A stretch of DNA of 64,000 bases from the human T2T-CHM13v2.0 reference genome, Homo sapiens: assembly GCF_009914755.1 (NCBI RefSeq), contig NC_060934.1. One strand, given 5' to 3'. Positions 58,606-64,000 of this stretch are shown in pieces. Every line of letters starts with the position of its first letter. The stretch's first letter is position 1. The position numbers and the translations under genes were made by a program. The notes beneath the pieces are model-generated. The model made no database searches. It was not told the origin of the DNA and was given only the letters and a program-made list of their open reading frames with translations.

Positions 58606-59284
58606 CTGGGCCGGCTGCGAGGAGAGATACTGTGATGTAACCCAAGTTTGTGACAGAGTGTTGGCATTAAAATGGAAAGAAAGGCTCTGATTCAAGAAAC
58701 AATGAAAAGGAGATGTCGACAGGGTTTGGCAATTGCCTGAGATGAGGGAAAGGAAGGAATCATTGGTGATTCTGCAAGTGTAAGCCCAGTGACTGGAGAG
58801 TGATGGAAAATGGCATTCTTCACAATATTAAGAGCACAGAAAAGACAATGCAGCAAAAAGACAATTACTCGCATGCTAGACATTGAGTCTGAGAGTGAAG
58901 GGCAAGCAAATAAGATGATCTGTTTTGTCTCTGGTACTAAGTGATGTAGGAACCAAAACTAGGATTGGAAAGCTGGGAAGCAGGGAAAATAAAATTAAAA
59001 ATGACTTTTTAAAAAAGAGAAAGAATATCATCACCAATGTAGCTTGAAATTTGCTAAGGAGAACCTGGGGTTTGTGTAGAGTCAGATAAGTAAAACAAAT
59101 GCACATTAGGGAAAGAGAGCTGGGAATGAAATAGGAAAGAAACCTCTGGAAATCTGGAAATAATCATAGTTACCCATAAAGCTTATATAAATAAAGGCAT
59201 ACTGTTATAGGAAGGACAAACTCTCTAAAATTGTTAGAAGGAGCCTCTAGAATGTAATTGCATTTTCTTACATTTTTACTTTAA

Positions 59285-59600
59285 TTTTTTTGTTTGTTTG
59301 TTTGTTTTTTTTTTTTTTTTTGAGACAAAATCTCAATCTGCTGCCCAGGCTGGAGTGAAGTGGCCCAATCTTGGCTGACCGCAACCTCCACCTCCCAGGT
59401 TCAAGCGATTCTCCTGCCTCAGCCTCCCGAGTAGCTGGGACTACAGGTGCCTGCCCCCACGCCCAGCTAATTTTTGTATTTTCTGTAGAGATGGGGTTTC
59501 GCCAGGTTGGTCAGGCTGGTCTTGAGCTCCTGACCTCAGGTGATCCACCTGCCTCGGCCTCCCAAAGTGCTAGGGTTACAGACATGGGCCTGTGCCCAGG
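59285..59600 (-). mobile_element. AluS
   Basis: Full Alu consensus. Confidence 0.94.
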
Positions 59601-59614
59601 CTACTTTAATTTTT

Positions 59615-60796
59615 AAAATACATTTTTTTATTTTAGAATTTTTAGATTCACAGAAATATTGTGAAGAGCTATGGAGAGTTTCCACATGCTCGACACCCAG
59701 TTTCCTCTATTATTGACATCTTACTCTGGTACGATATGTTCTTTACAATTAATGAACCAATATTGATACACTGTTATTAGCTAACATCTATACTTTATTA
59801 TTAGGTTGATGCAAAAGTAATTGCAGTTTTTGCCATTAAAAGTAATGCAAAAAAACTGCAATAACTTTTGCTCCAACCTATAGATATCCTTAGTTTTTAC
59901 TAACATCTTTTTCTGTTCCAGTATGGCATCCACATTCCATTTACTTGTTCTGACTCCACAGATTCTGCTTGGCTATGGCAGATTCTCAGACTCTTGATGT
60001 TTTTTTAATTGACCTTGGCAGTTTTGAAGAGTACCGGTCAGGTATTTTGTAGAATATCCCTCAATTGAGATTCGTCTGTTGTTTTTCCCATCACTAGACT
60101 GGGGTTATTGAGTTCTTTTTTTTTGAGGTAGGGAGGACAATCACAGACGTGCCATTTTCAGCACGTCATATCCAAGGTACAAACTATCACGACATCACTG
60201 TTGATATTAACATTTGTCACTTGGTGCAGGTAGTGTTTGAGGTCTTCATCGTAAAGTTACTTTCTTTTTCTCTTTCCATACTATACTCTTTGGAAGCAAG
60301 TTGCTATAAGCAGCTCAAACTTAAGGAGAAGGGAGTTATGATTCACCGCTTGAGGGGAGTGTATCTATGTCAATTATGTAGAATTCTGCAGGGAGATTTG
60401 CCTCTTTGCTCTCATTTATTTATTTATATCAGTATGGACTCATGGATATTTATTTTAGCCTTTGATTATGATCCAATACTTTATTTATGTTGCTGATGTT
60501 GTTCCAGCTCTGGCCCATTGGGAGCTCCTTTACTTGGCTTCTGTGTCCCTTTGACATAACCTCATCATTGTGGTTTATTAAAAACAATTTTTTGTTAGCA
60601 CTCCCTTACTTTATTACACTCAAGATGCTCCAAGCTCATCTTGTATATTTCCTACCCCAGTCCTAGCATCAGCCATTTATCCAAGGATCCCTGGATCCTT
60701 TTATTGGAGAATTGCATTAGAAACAAAGGTTCAGGAGCTAGGTATGCTCATTGCTGCTGGAGTGTAATTGCTTCCAGTCCCTCTCAGCTGACAGAG
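59615..60796 (-). mobile_element. L1MC/MD-type 3' region
   Basis: tttagattcacagaaatattg...ggagagtttcc; ...ccctctcagctgacagag. Confidence 0.75.
59801..59880. mobile_element. MADE1 (Hsmar1 MITE), complete palindrome
   Basis: ttaggttgatgcaaaagtaattgcagtttttg...aaaaactgcaataacttttgctccaaccta, TA-flanked. Confidence 0.93.
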
Positions 60797-63700
60797 CTGC
60801 TTTAGCTGTGTCCCAGAGATTCTGGTACGTTGCCTCTTTGTTGTCATTGGTTTCAAAGAACTTCTTGATTTCTGCCTTAATTTAATTATTTACCCAGGAG
60901 TCATTCAGGAGCAGGTTGTTCAATTACTATGAGATTGTGTGGTTTTGAGTGAGTTTTTAAATCCTGAGTTCTAATTTGATTGCACTATGATCTGAGAGAC
61001 TGTTTGTTATGATTTCAGTTCTTTCGCATTTGCTGAGGAGTGTTTTACTTCCAATTATTTCGTTGATTTTAGAATAAGTGCCATGTGGCACTGAGAAAAA
61101 TGTATATACTGTTGATTTGGGGTAGAGAGTTCTGTAGACGTCTTCTAGGTCTGCTTGATCCAGAGCTGAGTTCAAGTCCTGAATATTCCTGTTAATTTTC
61201 TGTCTCATTGATTTGTCTAATACTGACAGTGGGGTGTTAAAGTCTCCCATTATTATTGTGTGGGAGTCTAGGTCTGTTTGTAGGTCTCTAAGAACTTGTT
61301 TTATGAACCTGGGAGCTCCTGTATTGGGTGCATATATATTTAGAAGTTAGCTCTTCTTGTTGAATTGTTCCCTTTACCATTATGTAGTAATGCCCTTCTT
61401 TGTCTTTTTTGATCTTTGTTGGTTTAAAGTCCATTTTCTCAGAGAGTAGGATTGCAACCCCTGCTTTTTTTTGCTTTCCATTTGCTTGGTAAATTTTCCT
61501 CCATCCTTTTATTTTGAGCATGTGTGTGTCTTTTCATGTAAGATGGGTCTCCTGAATATAGCACACCAATGGGTCTTGACTCCTTATCCAATTTGCCAGT
61601 CTGTGTCTTTTAATTGGGACATTTAGCCCATTTACATTGAAGGTTAGTATTGTTATGTGTGAATTTGATCCTGTCATCATGCTGCTATTTGGTTATTTTG
61701 CACACTAGTTGATGCAGTTTCTTCATAGTGTCATTGGTCTTTATATTTTGGTGTGTTTTTGCAGTGGCTGGTACAGGTTTTTCCTTTCCGTATTTAGTGC
61801 TTCTTTCAGGAGCTCTTGCAGGGCAGGCCTGGTGGTAACAAAATCCCTCAGCATTTACTTGCCTGGAAAGGATTTTATTTCTCCTTCGCTTGTGAAGCTC
61901 AGTTTGGCTGGATATGAAATTCTGAGTTGGAAATTCTTTTCTTTAAGAATGTTGAATATTGGCCCCCAATCTCTTCTCACTTGTAGAGTTTCTGCTGAGA
62001 GGTCCATTGTTAGTCTGATGGGCTTCCCTTTGTAGGTGACTTGGCCTTTCTCTCTGGCTGCCCTTAACATTTTTTCCTTCATTTCAACTTTGGAGAATCT
62101 GATGATTATGTGTCTTGGGGTTGATCTTCTTGTGGTGTACCTTAATGGTGTTTTCTGTATTTCCTGAATTTGCATATTGGCCTGTCTTGCTAGGTTGGGG
62201 AAGTTCTCCTGAATAATATCCTGCAGTGTGTTTTCCAGCTTGTCTCCATTCTCCTGTCTCCTTTGGTACTCCAATCAATTGTAGGTTCAATCTTTTTATG
62301 AAGCCCCATATTTCTTAGAGGCTTTGTCCATTCCTTTTCATCCTTTTCTCTCTATTCATGTCTGCATGCCTTATTTCAGTAAGGTGGTCTTCAAACTCTG
62401 ATATACTTTCTTCCGCTTGGTTGATTTGTCTGTTGATACTTGTGTATGCTTCACGAAGTTCTCGTGCTGTGTTTTTCAGCACCATCAGGTCATTTATGTT
62501 CCTCTCTAAGTGGGTTATTCTAGTTAGCAATTCCTCTAACCCTTTATCAAGGTTCTTAGCTTCTTTGCATTGGGTTAGAACATGCTCTTTTAGCTCATTG
62601 TAGTTTTTTATTGCCCATCTCCTGAAGACTACTTCTGTCAATTTGTCCATCTGATCCTCCACCCAGTTCTGTGCCCTTAATGGAGAGAAGTTGTGATCAT
62701 TTGGAGGAGAAGAGGCACTCTGGCCTTTTGGGTTTTCAGCATTTTTTTGTTGATTCTTTCTTATCTTCATGAGTTTGTTGAGTTCCGGTCTTTGAGGCTA
62801 CTGACCCTTGGATGACGTTTTTGTTGGGGGCCTTTTTTGTTGTTGTGGTTGATGCTGTTGTTGCTTTGTTTGTTTTTTTTCTTTCAATAGTCAGGTCCCT
62901 CTTCTGTAGGGCTGCTGCAGTTTGCAGGGGGTTCACTTCAGGCCCTATTCATCTGATTTGCTCCTGTGCCTGGAGATGTCACTCAAGGAGGCTAGAGAGC
63001 AGCAAAGATGGGTGCTTGCTCCCACTTGTGGGACTTCTGACCTCGAGGGGCACCAACCTGATGCCAGTAGGATCGCTCCTGTATAGGGTGTCTGACAACC
63101 CCTGTTGGAGGGTCTCACCCAGCTGGGTGGCACTGGGAGCAAGACCTGTTTAATGAAGCACTTTGTCCCTTGGTTGAGAGGGTGTGTTTTGCTGGGGGGA
63201 AATCTACTCATCTGGGCTGCCTGGATTCCTCAGAACTACCAGGAGGAAAGGCAAAGTCTGCTGGTCTGCGGAGACTGCGGCCACCCCTCCCGCTAGGGGC
63301 TCAGGCCTAGGGAGATCCAAATTTTGTCCTTGAGCCTCTGGCTGGAGTTATTGGAGTTCCTGCAAGGAAGCCATCCACTGAGGAAGGATGAGTCAGGGTT
63401 GGGCCTGAAGAGGCACTCTGGCCGCAGACTGCCACAGCTGGTGTGTTGGGCTAGGGGGGCAAGTCTTGGGACCAAGCTGTCCAGCCTCTCTGGCTCCAGC
63501 AGGGGAAAAATGCAGCCCGGAGCTACAGAAATAGGTGCCGCCCTTCCCCCGCTCAGGGAGCTTAGAGTGTTAGGCAGTTGCGAGTCTCAGTGCTGGCTGC
63601 TACCCCTCCCCCAAGGAGCTCAAAAGGCTTAGACAGCAGGCAGCTGCAGCGGGTGCTTGTTGCCCCTCCCCCGGGGAGTTTGGTAGGCTTAAGCAGATTC

Positions 63701-63992
63701 CATCTGAGAGGCTGTAAGAATCTGCGTGTTCCGGGGTTGGGACGCTAGGCCCCAGTGGCATGGGTTTGTGAGTGGGATCTTCCGATCCGCGGGTTGCACG
63801 GTTCCATGGAAAAAGCACAGATTCCCCGGCTGGGTAGCGCACTCACTCACTGCCTCCCTTGGCTTGGGGGAGGTTCCCCTTCCCCATGTGGCTCTAACGA
63901 GGGCTGCTGCACCACACTGCTCTTCCTTCTCTCCCTGGGTCACGCCAGCCTTCTAGTCAATTTTGATGAGAGAACCTGGATACCTTGGTCGC
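60797..63992 (-). mobile_element. L1PA (about PA8-PA11) 5' half: 5'UTR, decayed ORF1, ORF2 endonuclease domain
   Basis: ORF1 pieces 62315..62770 and 61855..62274 (LKEHVLTQCKEAK, RHIIIRFSKVEMKEK); EN pieces 61288..61521 and 60957..61250 (GDFNTPLS, SDHSAIKLEL); GC-rich 5'UTR. Confidence 0.96.
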
Positions 63993-64000
63993 ATGCCTAT

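Overview
Primate (very likely human) non-genic or intronic DNA. Roughly half is recognisable interspersed repeat: Alu/FLAM, L1 of many ages, L2, CR1/L3, MIR, MaLR/ERVL/ERV1 LTRs including a solo HERV-H LTR7-family LTR, and the DNA transposons Tigger1, MER58B, MER45B, Arthur1, MER20, MER53, MER85 and MADE1. No intact protein-coding gene is supported. ORFs with recognisable homology are a 3'-truncated RPL3 retrocopy and decayed Tigger1 transposase and L1 ORF1/ORF2. The best candidate for a functional system is a minus-strand spliced, polyadenylated transcript at ~38.2-39.7 kb. It has a perfect donor, a strong acceptor, AATAAA and a 43-codon Kozak smORF, and lies downstream of a co-oriented LTR7-family LTR with a perfect donor between them. 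Other points of interest are retrotransposition oddities (tailless RPL3 retrocopy, two twin-primed L1s), a multi-layer transposon nest, two close inverted Alu pairs and hairpin MITEs. Repeat names come from remembered consensus sequences, not a database search, so subfamilies and old-repeat boundaries are approximate. I could not name the locus.
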